Of a stretch of 31,341 bases of DNA, positions 9,545 to 19,392 are shown piece by piece (position 1 is the first letter of the stretch; the number at the start of each line of letters is the position of its first letter). The DNA is from an uncultured Lachnospiraceae bacterium (GTDB taxonomy: Bacteria > Bacillota > Clostridia > TANB77 > CAG-508). Location: positions 1 to 31,341 of the forward strand of contig CAZMFV010000003.1 of assembly GCA_964565695.1 (NCBI GenBank), given 5' to 3'. Under the pieces are notes generated by a model, which saw nothing but the letters and a program-made list of their open reading frames with translations, ran no database searches and was not told the DNA's origin. The translations under genes and the position numbers were made by a program.

Positions 9545-10456
9545 TTAGCCATTCTCTGCATTCCCTTCAGGTAGTGCAGGATAGTCTAATACTATTCTTA
9601 TTTTTAATATATATCTCATTGTTCTAATGAATTTACTATTTTTAAATTTTTGCCACATTGATGGTTGAACTTCAAATCTAGTTTGTTCATAATACATCTG
9701 ATCTTCATTAGAAATTGTATCTGCTTTAACTACTTGATTAACTGGTTCTGTATTAATAGTTTTTGCTGCTTTAATATTAGTCTTATCTTCTTCTAATACT
9801 GTACTCTTTATTATTTGTTCAATAGGTGTAGGTATATATTTTAATGCATCAGCTAATTCTATTCCAATAAAGCTTAAAGCTTTTGAACTATCTTCTATTC
9901 TTTCTAAATCAATGTCTACAAATAAGTTTGATTCTAGATTTCTAATACTTGAATCAATTATTCTATTAGCTTCTTTTATTTCATCTTCAGTTCTTTTTGG
10001 AGAATTTGCTAATACTGTTAAAGCTTTAGCAACAGATGCTGAAAACTTACCAGTATAAGTTCCTACTTTTTGAATCCATCCTTCTTCTTTTTCAGTAACA
10101 GTTTCTTTAGCTTCTGTAAGCAATTTAGCCAACTTAACATTTTCTTCTTTAGAATTCATTAACTTTTCAGTTTTTTTAGTATTTTCTTCAAATTGAGCTG
10201 TAGAATATTCAACTAAGTCATATGCAACTCTATATACAGTTGCTGGAAAATCTTTTTTATTAGGATATTCTTTAAAGTATGTAGTTATTGATTCAACTAA
10301 ATCTTTAAAATAAGCATCATCTTCTAGTTTGATGATCTGTTTTTTGCTATTTGGGTTAATAAGATTTTTAACCTTATCCATATTAGATAAGATTTTTTCT
10401 TCTGTTATAACCATTCTTACATTAACAATTCCAGGTCTTCTAAAAAAGAATGCCAT
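9545..10456 (-). CDS. Hypothetical protein, 303 aa
   Basis: Long ORF with AGGAGG RBS and host-like codon usage; no recognisable motif. Confidence 0.8.
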   Translation of the reverse strand: MAFFFRRPGIVNVRMVITEEKILSNMDKVKNLINPNSKKQIIKLEDDAYFKDLVESITTYFKEYPNKKDFPATVYRVAYDLVEYSTAQFEENTKKTEKLMNSKEENVKLAKLLTEAKETVTEKEEGWIQKVGTYTGKFSASVAKALTVLANSPKRTEDEIKEANRIIDSSIRNLESNLFVDIDLERIEDSSKALSFIGIELADALKYIPTPIEQIIKSTVLEEDKTNIKAAKTINTEPVNQVVKADTISNEDQMYYEQTRFEVQPSMWQKFKNSKFIRTMRYILKIRIVLDYPALPEGNAENG

Positions 10457-10603
10457 TTCTTCCTCCTAAATAATTTTTCTATGTATTTATTATATAAATC
10501 CACAGGTCTTTTTTCAAGTTTTTTCACATTTATATATGTTTCATTTATGTAACATTTCTTATTTCCGTAATCTTGCAAGAGTTGATCTTTAGTTTTCACA
10601 AAA

Positions 10604-10636
10604 TAAAATAGAGGCAAAAATGCCTCTGTTTTTTAT
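10604..10636. terminator. Intrinsic terminator downstream of the 10667-10921 gene
   Basis: AAAATAGAGGCA-AAAA-TGCCTCTGTTTTTT hairpin with A/T tracts on both sides. Confidence 0.75.
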
Positions 10637-10666
10637 ATTTAAAATCCTCAATTAATAGGGACGATT

Positions 10667-10921
10667 TTATCTTTCGCCTCTATCCATCTCTTTCTCTTTC
10701 TTTTTTTCCATTTCTAATTCTTTAGCTACAATTGCTTTATCTCTATCTAGTCTATCCATATTAGTCTTATGTTTTGATATAACATCAATATGAGCACTAA
10801 GTTTATCTAGTGTTTCTTTTGGTGTTAATTTCTCATTATTATTTTTATTGTAGTATCCTAAAGATGCTAATAAGTTTTCTTCATATTTAATTTCATTGTC
10901 ATTATCTTTGTTCTTGTCCAT
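10667..10921 (-). CDS. Small hypothetical charged protein, 84 aa
   Basis: AAGGAG RBS, its own promoter upstream and a terminator downstream. Confidence 0.7.
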   Translation of the reverse strand: MDKNKDNDNEIKYEENLLASLGYYNKNNNEKLTPKETLDKLSAHIDVISKHKTNMDRLDRDKAIVAKELEMEKKKEKEMDRGER

Positions 10922-10953
10922 TGCAAAGCTCCTTTTAAAAACATATATACTAT

Positions 10954-10982
10954 ATTATAGCAGCAATGTTACAAAAAAGCAA
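10954..10982 (-). promoter_or_regulatory. Sigma-A type promoter with an overlapping inverted repeat
   Basis: Minus strand TTGCTT (10982-10977), 17 nt, TATAAT (10959-10954) with extended TG; AATGTTAC-N6-GCAACATT at 10965-10986. Confidence 0.6.
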
Positions 10983-11016
10983 CATTTCAAAAGAATTATT
11001 TAACAATATATTAAAA

Positions 11017-12660
11017 TTATAATTCTTCTTGTTTATAGAATCTATCTCCAAAATTAATATATTTAATACTTTTTAGTCCATCAATAAATTCTTCTATATC
11101 TTCTTCATTATTTAGATCACCAGTAAATTGATTTTGTATATCAAAAACTTGATTTGATCTATTTAATATAACATGTCCAGATCTAGTCACAACCATATAG
11201 TCTAATTCTAAATAATTGTATTCATTAAAAGGTAGTTCTTCAGGCAGATTTGCTAATAAATAAATTCCAACTGAAAGTAAACTTGTATCTATTACATCAA
11301 ACTCTTCATTAAATACCTTTTTAAAAGACTTGTCTGTAATCATCCATTTATCTGACATTGTTCTAATTAAATATCTATTTTCATCAACAATTACATCTCT
11401 AAATATTGGTGATATTACTTTTGCATTATAGTCTATAAAATATGCTGTATTCTTACTATGGTTTTTAATTAAAACCTTATCTTCTTCTATATCTAAGATT
11501 TGAGCATTCCCATTTAATGTGATTTTTTCACCATCTTCCATAAACCAACCCTGTTCATTTTTATCTCTATCATAAAATGGAATTGTATTGTTTTTAAATG
11601 TATATAGATGTTTTTCATTATACATTAGATGTTCTGTTTCTAATTTCATTTCAGCATATGGTTCTTTTGAATTTCTTAAAACATATTTAGTAGGATTTCC
11701 TACTGCTGATTCATAAACTAATACATCTTTTTCTGTGTTTAATCTATATTTATATGTATATTCTTGATTTCTTTCTTTTGGAGCAACTTCCTTTGTTATT
11801 ATATTAGTTGAACCTTTAGTAATCTCTGTTCTAACTTCTTTTTCTCCAAAAACTTTCTTTATAATGTTTTCAAATTCTTCAGTTTTTTTACCATAGTCAT
11901 AAGACTCATATTCAGAAATATATGACATAACTACTCTTTTATTTTTCATAATAACTTCTGTAATTTCTTCTGTTGAAACAGCAGCTATTACAAAGTTTTT
12001 ATCATATGCTTCTATTTCATAAAATGCTGTAGCAAAATCATAGTCAAATGGTATTTTTGTATTACCACTTTTATCAATATACCCAAAATATTTTTTGCCA
12101 TCTTTTTCTATATTTAAATTAACATACTCACCTTCATCTATAGGGCTTATATATTGGAAAAAGTCTTCTTTATACTCTATTATACCAATATTACTTTCAA
12201 TCTCTTTTTTAATAACCAAAGAAATTCTATCAATAAAGAAAGTAGATACAAATAATGCAGCTATGTATGTTGCTAATATTATAAATAAAGAAAATATAAA
12301 ATATGAGTCTATTGCAACATAATTCTTTTTATTAGTAAAATATACTACTAATATCCCTGATAGTAGTCCAATCATATATATTGCCTTATATGGAAGTATG
12401 AAAGATAGAATTACTATAGGGAATAATAGATAGGAATTTCTAAGTCCATTTTCTTTCCTATTTCCAATAGCAAAAACTATAGAAGTAAGTGATAAAACTA
12501 AAACTAAGATATATTTGTTTAATTCTAAGAAGTTTACAATTATATTTTCATATCTATTTAATTCTAGTTTATTATTAATATTAATAGGCAATATAATTAA
12601 ATATATTGCCATTAATATTATAGTTATTCCAATAGTAGTGTTTACCTTTTTACCACTCAT
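11017..12660 (-). CDS. Membrane protein with an extracytoplasmic WG-repeat-like region
   Basis: About 4-5 N-terminal TM helices, then KYFGYIDKSGNTKIPFDYDFATAF (WG/KWG beta-repeat signature) and degenerate repeats. Confidence 0.7.
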   Translation of the reverse strand: MSGKKVNTTIGITIILMAIYLIILPININNKLELNRYENIIVNFLELNKYILVLVLSLTSIVFAIGNRKENGLRNSYLLFPIVILSFILPYKAIYMIGLLSGILVVYFTNKKNYVAIDSYFIFSLFIILATYIAALFVSTFFIDRISLVIKKEIESNIGIIEYKEDFFQYISPIDEGEYVNLNIEKDGKKYFGYIDKSGNTKIPFDYDFATAFYEIEAYDKNFVIAAVSTEEITEVIMKNKRVVMSYISEYESYDYGKKTEEFENIIKKVFGEKEVRTEITKGSTNIITKEVAPKERNQEYTYKYRLNTEKDVLVYESAVGNPTKYVLRNSKEPYAEMKLETEHLMYNEKHLYTFKNNTIPFYDRDKNEQGWFMEDGEKITLNGNAQILDIEEDKVLIKNHSKNTAYFIDYNAKVISPIFRDVIVDENRYLIRTMSDKWMITDKSFKKVFNEEFDVIDTSLLSVGIYLLANLPEELPFNEYNYLELDYMVVTRSGHVILNRSNQVFDIQNQFTGDLNNEEDIEEFIDGLKSIKYINFGDRFYKQEEL

Positions 12661-12688
12661 TTTCTTCCTGTTTTCTTATATTATTATT

Positions 12689-15247
12689 TTATCTTTTTAG
12701 CCATTTATATAAATCCATATCTGCTGGATTAATTAGCATATCATGTTTAGGGATTACTCTAAATGTGTAAGCAAAATTACCACCTTCACCTAGGATAATA
12801 TCTCCTTCATATACTGGCCATCCAGATTCTTCTCCAATTCTTTCTAAGTTTACAACTTTTTCTAAGTCTAAATTGTTTTGTTCATTAACCTTTATTATAT
12901 ATGCTTGAACAAGAGCATTGTTTGGATCTACACCAGCAAAGTCAACTTTAACACTTACTTTAACTTCTTTGCCAGCATCCATAATTGCCTTATTAATATT
13001 ATTCTTTTGTTGTATTTTTATTTTATTCCAATCTCTATATGCAGTTTTCTTCCAGTCTATAAAATTAAACACATTTTCTAAATTAGTAAAACTATTATTA
13101 TGTAAGTCTATTAACGGTATATAGATTTTATCTAAATAGTCTATAATCATTCTTGCTGTTGAATATTCAGGTCCTATTGATTGAATTGAATTTTTCATAA
13201 CTTTCAACCATTCTCTAGGAATACCATGTTCATCCCTATGATAGAATTTAGGTATTATTTCTGATTCTAATACTTTATATAAACTATTACTATCATCAAT
13301 ATCTTGCTCTTCTTGTGAATCATAATGTTTAATATCACCTATTAACCAACCATTTTTTCCATTATATCCTTCTTCCCACCATCCATCAGATACTGAGAAA
13401 TTAGGAATACCATTAACAGCAGTTTTCTCACCACTTGTTCCACTTGCTTCCATTGGTCTTCTAGGATTGTTTAACCATACATCTACACCTGACATTAAAT
13501 ATCTAGATACAGCTATATTATAATTTTCTAATAGGAAAATCTTTCCTTTAAATTGAGGCATTAATGATATTTCATGAATGTATTTAATAACATCTTGTCC
13601 TGCTTGATCTGCTGGATGTGCCTTTCCTGCAAATACAATTTGTACAGGTCTTTGTTCATCATTTAAGATTTGAGTTAATCTTTCAATATCTTTAAATATT
13701 AATGCAGCTCTCTTATATGTTGCAAAACGTCTTGCAAATCCAATTGTTAAAACATTAGGATCTAAGAATCTTAAGATTTCATTAACTTCATGATAACTCA
13801 TACCACCAGTTAAGAATCTATCTTTAACATTTCTTCTTATCTCATTTTGTAGACTTTCTTTTCTTTGCTTATGTATTGACCATATTCTTTCATCTGGAAT
13901 ATATTGTACATTCTCCCATACATCATGGTCTTGAACTCTTTCTTGCCAATATGGAGGGAAATATTCATTAAATAATTCTTTAAAGTGATTTGATAGCCAT
14001 GTACATGTATGAATTCCATTAGTTACATGTGTTATTGATGATTCATCATCAAATGTATTAGGCCATACTTCAGAGAATATTTCTCTAGATACTTTTCCAT
14101 GAAGTTTACTAACTCCATTCTTTTTACCAGTAAATTTTAATGCTAGTACTGCCATATTAAATCTTTTATTTATCGTATCATTTGGAGTCATTCCCATTTT
14201 TAAAAATTCTTCTTCTGATAAACCAATTTCAGTCCATTTATTTTTTAAATATTTAGAAACTAATTCTACATCAAAAATATCATTTCCTGCAGGAACAGGT
14301 GTATGTGTTGTAAATGCTAGTTGAGAAAAAGCTATTTCTCTAGCAACTTCATATGATACTTGCTTTTCCTTCATAATATTTTTAATAACTTCTATAACTA
14401 AAAAGCTAGAATGCCCTTCATTCATATGGTAAAGTTTTGGTTCTATTCCTAATGCTCTAAGAGCTCTAACTCCACCAATACCTAGAACAATTTCTTGTGC
14501 TATTCTAGTTTCTTGGCCACCACCATATAGTTTTTTAGTTAAAGATTGATATTCTTTAGGATTTTTATTTAAGTCTGTATCTAATAAATAAAGTTTTATT
14601 CTTCCTACAGCAATTTCCCATACCTTTACTAAAACATCTTTACCTTCAATTTCAACTTTTACGATTACATCTTCACCATCGTCATTTTTAACTGGATATA
14701 TAGGCATATTATGAATTTCAATTTCGTTATATTCTGAAATTTGTTCACCTTTTATATTAAGTCTTTGATTAAAATATCCTTCCTTATATAAAAGACCTAT
14801 TCCAACCATTGGAAGCCCTAAATCACTAGCAGACTTCATATGATCTCCAGATAGTATTCCTAATCCACCTGAATATATTGGTATAGTTTCATCTAATCCA
14901 TATTCAGCTGAAAAGTATGCAATTACATCATTCTTATTATTCGGATGATTTTTTGAAAAGTATGTTGTTTTAGAATTTATATAAGAATCAAAGTGATTTA
15001 CAACTTCATTATATTTTTCTAGAAATTCCAAATTCTCTGATGCTTTTTCTAATTTTTCTTGAGGTACATTTTTTAAGAATTTTATAGGATTCTTTTCACA
15101 AGCTTCCCATACATCTTTATCAATCTCTCTTAAGATTTGTAAAAATTCGATATTCCAACTCCACCATAGATTATTAGCAATTTCTTCCAATCTATCTATC
15201 TTTTCTGGTAGTTTTGGCCTAATAGTAATAGTATTAAAAACGTACAT
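12689..15247 (-). CDS. glgP: Alpha-glucan (glycogen/maltodextrin) phosphorylase
   Basis: YFSAEYG, YSGGLGILSGDH, HMNEGH, FTTHTPVPAG, GFARRFATYKRA, PLP site EASGTSGEK; 852 aa. Confidence 0.96.
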   Translation of the reverse strand: MYVFNTITIRPKLPEKIDRLEEIANNLWWSWNIEFLQILREIDKDVWEACEKNPIKFLKNVPQEKLEKASENLEFLEKYNEVVNHFDSYINSKTTYFSKNHPNNKNDVIAYFSAEYGLDETIPIYSGGLGILSGDHMKSASDLGLPMVGIGLLYKEGYFNQRLNIKGEQISEYNEIEIHNMPIYPVKNDDGEDVIVKVEIEGKDVLVKVWEIAVGRIKLYLLDTDLNKNPKEYQSLTKKLYGGGQETRIAQEIVLGIGGVRALRALGIEPKLYHMNEGHSSFLVIEVIKNIMKEKQVSYEVAREIAFSQLAFTTHTPVPAGNDIFDVELVSKYLKNKWTEIGLSEEEFLKMGMTPNDTINKRFNMAVLALKFTGKKNGVSKLHGKVSREIFSEVWPNTFDDESSITHVTNGIHTCTWLSNHFKELFNEYFPPYWQERVQDHDVWENVQYIPDERIWSIHKQRKESLQNEIRRNVKDRFLTGGMSYHEVNEILRFLDPNVLTIGFARRFATYKRAALIFKDIERLTQILNDEQRPVQIVFAGKAHPADQAGQDVIKYIHEISLMPQFKGKIFLLENYNIAVSRYLMSGVDVWLNNPRRPMEASGTSGEKTAVNGIPNFSVSDGWWEEGYNGKNGWLIGDIKHYDSQEEQDIDDSNSLYKVLESEIIPKFYHRDEHGIPREWLKVMKNSIQSIGPEYSTARMIIDYLDKIYIPLIDLHNNSFTNLENVFNFIDWKKTAYRDWNKIKIQQKNNINKAIMDAGKEVKVSVKVDFAGVDPNNALVQAYIIKVNEQNNLDLEKVVNLERIGEESGWPVYEGDIILGEGGNFAYTFRVIPKHDMLINPADMDLYKWLKR

Positions 15248-15291
15248 TTAATTCTCCTTCATTTGTATATTATTTTTATTTTTTCTTTAGT

Positions 15292-15627
15292 TTATAATGG
15301 TGGTCTATTCTGATTTATATATTCAGCACCATCTGTAAATTTATATATTTTATTTTCTTCTTTTATCAATTTGTAATCATTAGAATCTATAAAATCGTTG
15401 TACTCTGGATTGTCATGTAAATCAATAACTTCCGGATCTTCTACAATTTCAATTTCATTGTTTCTAACTTCATCTTCCATCTCTTGTCTTATTTTACTAG
15501 TCTCTTCTAATTGAGCCTTATGTCTTGAGTTTACAACAACATATAGCGAAAAAAGAAATGCAGTAAAAATAGTTACAGATAAAAGAGCATATACAGCTAC
15601 TGAAGCTTTTTTACTTCTAAAGTTCAT
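15292..15627 (-). CDS. Small protein with a single N-terminal TM helix and acidic tail
   Basis: Basic N-terminus (RSKK), hydrophobic stretch, AAGGAG RBS; 111 aa. Confidence 0.7.
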   Translation of the reverse strand: MNFRSKKASVAVYALLSVTIFTAFLFSLYVVVNSRHKAQLEETSKIRQEMEDEVRNNEIEIVEDPEVIDLHDNPEYNDFIDSNDYKLIKEENKIYKFTDGAEYINQNRPPL

Positions 15628-15731
15628 TTTAACTCCTTAAAATTATTCTATTATATATATTTTATAATAGCTAAAACAAAATTAATAGGTATTTGATAAA
15701 TTGTTACTTAAATAACATTGATTATTTTGTT

Positions 15732-16769
15732 TTATTCTTCATTAATATATTGATTAAATAATTCCTTTGTTTTTTCCATGTAAGGCACAATTATAGCTCC
15801 CGCATGATTGTAGTCATCATATGCAGTTTCTGTGCTATATGATGGATTTTGATATGATTTAATATCATTCATATATTTATTCTTATTTAATCCAAATTCG
15901 ATTAAATATCCTAAAACTTCATCTTTCGGTACTGAAGTCTCAACAGTGTTTAAAAAACTTTTAGCAACATTCATCAATTTATTTAAGGGAATGCTATCAG
16001 CTTTTCCTATAACAGCTTCAATTATATCTCTTTGTCTTGCTGTTCTAGCAAAGTCAGAACCTATTTCTCCATGTTTTTCATTATCTATAAAGGTTGATCT
16101 ATTTCTAGCATGTGATACTGCTTGAACACCATTTAATAGAACTAATCCTTCTTCAGCATCAAGGTGTAAGTCTTTAGTTTTAATTTTTCCATCTCTAGCT
16201 GTTTTTGCAACAAATCTATTTATTTCATATATTTCATTATTCGTTAATTCTAATTCAATTCCACCAACTGCGTCAACAATTTGAGCAAGTCCAGCATAAT
16301 CTATAAGAACATAGTCATCTACATTTAAATCAAAATTTGAATTGATTGTATGTAATGTAAGTTCAGGTCCTCCATAAAAATATGCTGCATTTATCTTAGT
16401 TTCACCATAGTCTTTTATTTCTACATATGTATCTCTCGGAATAGAAATAAGTTTTAATGTCTTAAGATTAGTATTAATAGATGCAAGCATTATAACATCA
16501 GATCTTCCTTGTTGGCTAAAATCACCTTCATCTTGTCCTAAAAGTAATACAGTTTTAACACCTTCTATTTTTCTAGCATCATCACTAATACCAATATTAG
16601 CTCTATCTAAATTAGAAAATCCTAATTCTGTTAAAAGTTCATCAATAATATAATTATATCCAGCTAATACTATTGCTACTAATATTATTAATATTGTTAA
16701 AAAAACAGACAGAGATTTTAAACCTCTATTATGTTTTTGTTTTTTATCTTTTCTTTTCTTTTTTGCCAT
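15732..16769 (-). CDS. LytR-CpsA-Psr (LCP) family cell-wall glycopolymer transferase
   Basis: Basic N-terminus plus TM helix, VLLLGQD, RSDVIML, LISIPRDTYV, KINAAY, ARNR, DFARTARQR. Probable start is ATG 16769 after GAGGA; the ORF track starts at 16781. Confidence 0.93.
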   Translation of the reverse strand: MAKKKRKDKKQKHNRGLKSLSVFLTILIILVAIVLAGYNYIIDELLTELGFSNLDRANIGISDDARKIEGVKTVLLLGQDEGDFSQQGRSDVIMLASINTNLKTLKLISIPRDTYVEIKDYGETKINAAYFYGGPELTLHTINSNFDLNVDDYVLIDYAGLAQIVDAVGGIELELTNNEIYEINRFVAKTARDGKIKTKDLHLDAEEGLVLLNGVQAVSHARNRSTFIDNEKHGEIGSDFARTARQRDIIEAVIGKADSIPLNKLMNVAKSFLNTVETSVPKDEVLGYLIEFGLNKNKYMNDIKSYQNPSYSTETAYDDYNHAGAIIVPYMEKTKELFNQYINEE

Positions 16770-16770
16770 T

Positions 16771-19392
16771 CTATTCCTCATTTAATTTATCTTTTAATTC
16801 ACCTAAAATTTTCAAAGCATCTACAGGCGTTGTATTATTTATATCAATTCTATTTAGGAATTTCAATATTTCATCATATTTAAATTCAAACATTGAAGAT
16901 TGATTTTCCATATCAAAGCCTTCTTCTATCTCTTTTATAGCGAATTCTTTTTTCTCTATATTTCTTAAAATATTTCTAGCCTTCCTAACAGTTTCTTGTG
17001 GTATTCCTGCAAGTTTTGCAACATATGTTCCAAAAGACTCATCAGTTCCACCTTTTACTAGCTTATGAAGGAATATAACATCTCCACCTTGTTGTTTTAC
17101 ATCTACAGAATAATTTTTTACACCTTCTAATTTATCTTCTAATCCTATTAATTCATGGTAATGCGTTGCAAATAATGATTTAGCACCTATCTTAGTTTTG
17201 TCAGCAATATATTCTACAACTGCCCATGCAATACTCATACCATCATATGTAGAAGTACCTCTTCCAACTTCATCTAAAATTATAAGAGAGTTTTTAGTTG
17301 CATTATTTAATATATTAGCAACTTCATTCATTTCAACCATAAACGTTGATTCACCCATAGAAACATCATCTGTTGCTCCAATTCTAGTAAATATTTTGTC
17401 TGCAATAGAAATATTCGCAAAAGATGCTGGAACAAATGATCCAATTTGTGCAAGTAAATTAATTAGTGCAACCTGTCTCATATATGTAGATTTACCAGAC
17501 ATATTAGGTCCTGTAATAATATGGAATGTTTCTCCAAAATTATCCATTACAGTATCATTTTCTACAAATGATCCTCTAGGTAACATTTGCTCTACAACCG
17601 GATGTCTTCCATCTCGTATTTCTAAATTACCACTTTGGTTAATCTCAGGTTTAATATATTGATTGTCTTCAGCAATTTGTGCAAATGTCGAAAGCACGTC
17701 TAGTGTTGCAATATTTTTAGCAGAATCTTGAAGCCTTTTAATATTTTTAGAAATCTCAGCTCTTATCAATTGGAAAATATCATATTCCATTTTTATGATT
17801 TTTTCTTCAACATTTAGAAGTTCTTCTTCCATTTCTTTTAATTCAGGAGTAACATATCTTTCAGAATTAGCTAATGTTTGTTTTCTAATATATGTTTCAG
17901 GAACTTTATCAATATGAGTTTTTGTAACTTCTAGATAGTATCCAAAAATCTTATTATATCCTACTTTAAGACTAGGGATTCCTGTTTTCTTTCTTTCATC
18001 AACTTCTAATTGTGCAATCCATTCTTTTCCACTTGTTCCTATATTTTTTAATCTAAATAATTCTTCATCAATTTCAGGTTTAATTATTCCACCTTCCGTA
18101 ATACTTATTGGTGGGTCATCAACAATTGCCTTATCAATCACTTCATATATATCTTCTAATGTATCAAGATTTTTATATAATTTTTGATTTAAATTAGACT
18201 TAGTATCTTTTAAAAGATTTTTAATTTCAGGAAGATGAATTATTGAATTTTTAAGTGAAACTAAGTCTCTAGCATTTGCTGCACCAAAGGCAACCTTTGC
18301 TGAAATTCTTTCTATATCATAAACCTTTTTAAGTAATTCTCTTAAAGATCCTTTTAACATTATATTAGTTTTGAATTCATCAACAGAATCTAATCTACCT
18401 TCTATTTGGAATTTACCTATCAAAGGTGAATTAATCCATGTAGCAAGAAGTCTTCCACCCATTGCTGTTACAGTTTTATCTAATACCCAAAGTAGACTTC
18501 CTTTTTTCGATCCATCTCTAGTTCTTTTATTAATTTCCAAATTCTTTCTAGAGTTTAAATCTAAAGCCATATATTTCGAAGGAATATATAAAGATATTTT
18601 ATTAAAATATACTAAATCAGTTTTTTGAGTATCCAAAATATATTTATCAATTCCTATAATTGCCTTCATTGCAAAATCATTATCAAATAGTGATGATTGT
18701 TCATCATCTTCAATTCTTTCAATTTCAAAATCTTTTGAAAGTTCACCATCAAAAAATTCTTCTTCTTTTATATTTATATAAATAGGGAATAAATTTTTAA
18801 GTTTTTCGAAGTTTTCTTCCATTTCTGTAAAAAGCTTGTTAACAATAAGTTCTTTAGGACTAAATCTAGAAATTTCATCTAAAACTTTTACAAATCCAAG
18901 GCCATCACTATCTGAAATTTCAGTAGCCATAAATTCTCCTGTAGAAACTTCTGCAATACCTATAGAGTAGTTATTAACTTCATATACTACTGTCATAATA
19001 TAATTAGAAGTTTTTTCTTCTAATATATTTGATTCAATAACAGTTCCAGGTGTTACTACTCTGACTACATCTCTTCTAACAATTCCCTCTGCATCTTTAG
19101 CATCTTCCATTTGTTCACATATAGCTACTTTATATCCCTTTTTAATAAGTCTTGAAATATATGATTCAGCTGCATGATGTGGAACACCAGCCATAGGTGC
19201 TCTTTGTCCTTCACCACAACTTCTTGATGTTAAAACTAATTCCAATTCCTTTGCTGCAAGTTTTGCATCATCAAAAAACATTTCATAGAAATCACCTAAT
19301 CTATAAAATAATATTGCATCTTGATATTTATCTTTTGTTTCTACATAATCTTTCATCATTGGAGATAGTTTTTCTCTATCAATATTTTTCAA
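16771..19392 (-). CDS. mutS: DNA mismatch repair protein MutS
   Basis: FYRLGDFYEMFFDDA, ITGPNMSGKSTYMRQ, STFMVEM, ILDEVGRGTSTYDG, FATHYHEL, ESFGTYVAKLAG. Probable TTG start at 19392 after AGGGGAG, overlapping the miaB stop; the ORF track starts at 19419. Confidence 0.96.
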   Translation of the reverse strand: MKNIDREKLSPMMKDYVETKDKYQDAILFYRLGDFYEMFFDDAKLAAKELELVLTSRSCGEGQRAPMAGVPHHAAESYISRLIKKGYKVAICEQMEDAKDAEGIVRRDVVRVVTPGTVIESNILEEKTSNYIMTVVYEVNNYSIGIAEVSTGEFMATEISDSDGLGFVKVLDEISRFSPKELIVNKLFTEMEENFEKLKNLFPIYINIKEEEFFDGELSKDFEIERIEDDEQSSLFDNDFAMKAIIGIDKYILDTQKTDLVYFNKISLYIPSKYMALDLNSRKNLEINKRTRDGSKKGSLLWVLDKTVTAMGGRLLATWINSPLIGKFQIEGRLDSVDEFKTNIMLKGSLRELLKKVYDIERISAKVAFGAANARDLVSLKNSIIHLPEIKNLLKDTKSNLNQKLYKNLDTLEDIYEVIDKAIVDDPPISITEGGIIKPEIDEELFRLKNIGTSGKEWIAQLEVDERKKTGIPSLKVGYNKIFGYYLEVTKTHIDKVPETYIRKQTLANSERYVTPELKEMEEELLNVEEKIIKMEYDIFQLIRAEISKNIKRLQDSAKNIATLDVLSTFAQIAEDNQYIKPEINQSGNLEIRDGRHPVVEQMLPRGSFVENDTVMDNFGETFHIITGPNMSGKSTYMRQVALINLLAQIGSFVPASFANISIADKIFTRIGATDDVSMGESTFMVEMNEVANILNNATKNSLIILDEVGRGTSTYDGMSIAWAVVEYIADKTKIGAKSLFATHYHELIGLEDKLEGVKNYSVDVKQQGGDVIFLHKLVKGGTDESFGTYVAKLAGIPQETVRKARNILRNIEKKEFAIKEIEEGFDMENQSSMFEFKYDEILKFLNRIDINNTTPVDALKILGELKDKLNEE

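Noticed and set aside
10417-10617. 66-aa minus-strand ORF
   Set aside because: It overlaps a terminator and the start of the 303-aa gene, has no RBS, and likely spans that gene's promoter region.
13837-14019. 60-aa alternative-frame ORF inside glgP
   Set aside because: glgP is intact in its own frame; there is no shift motif or RBS.
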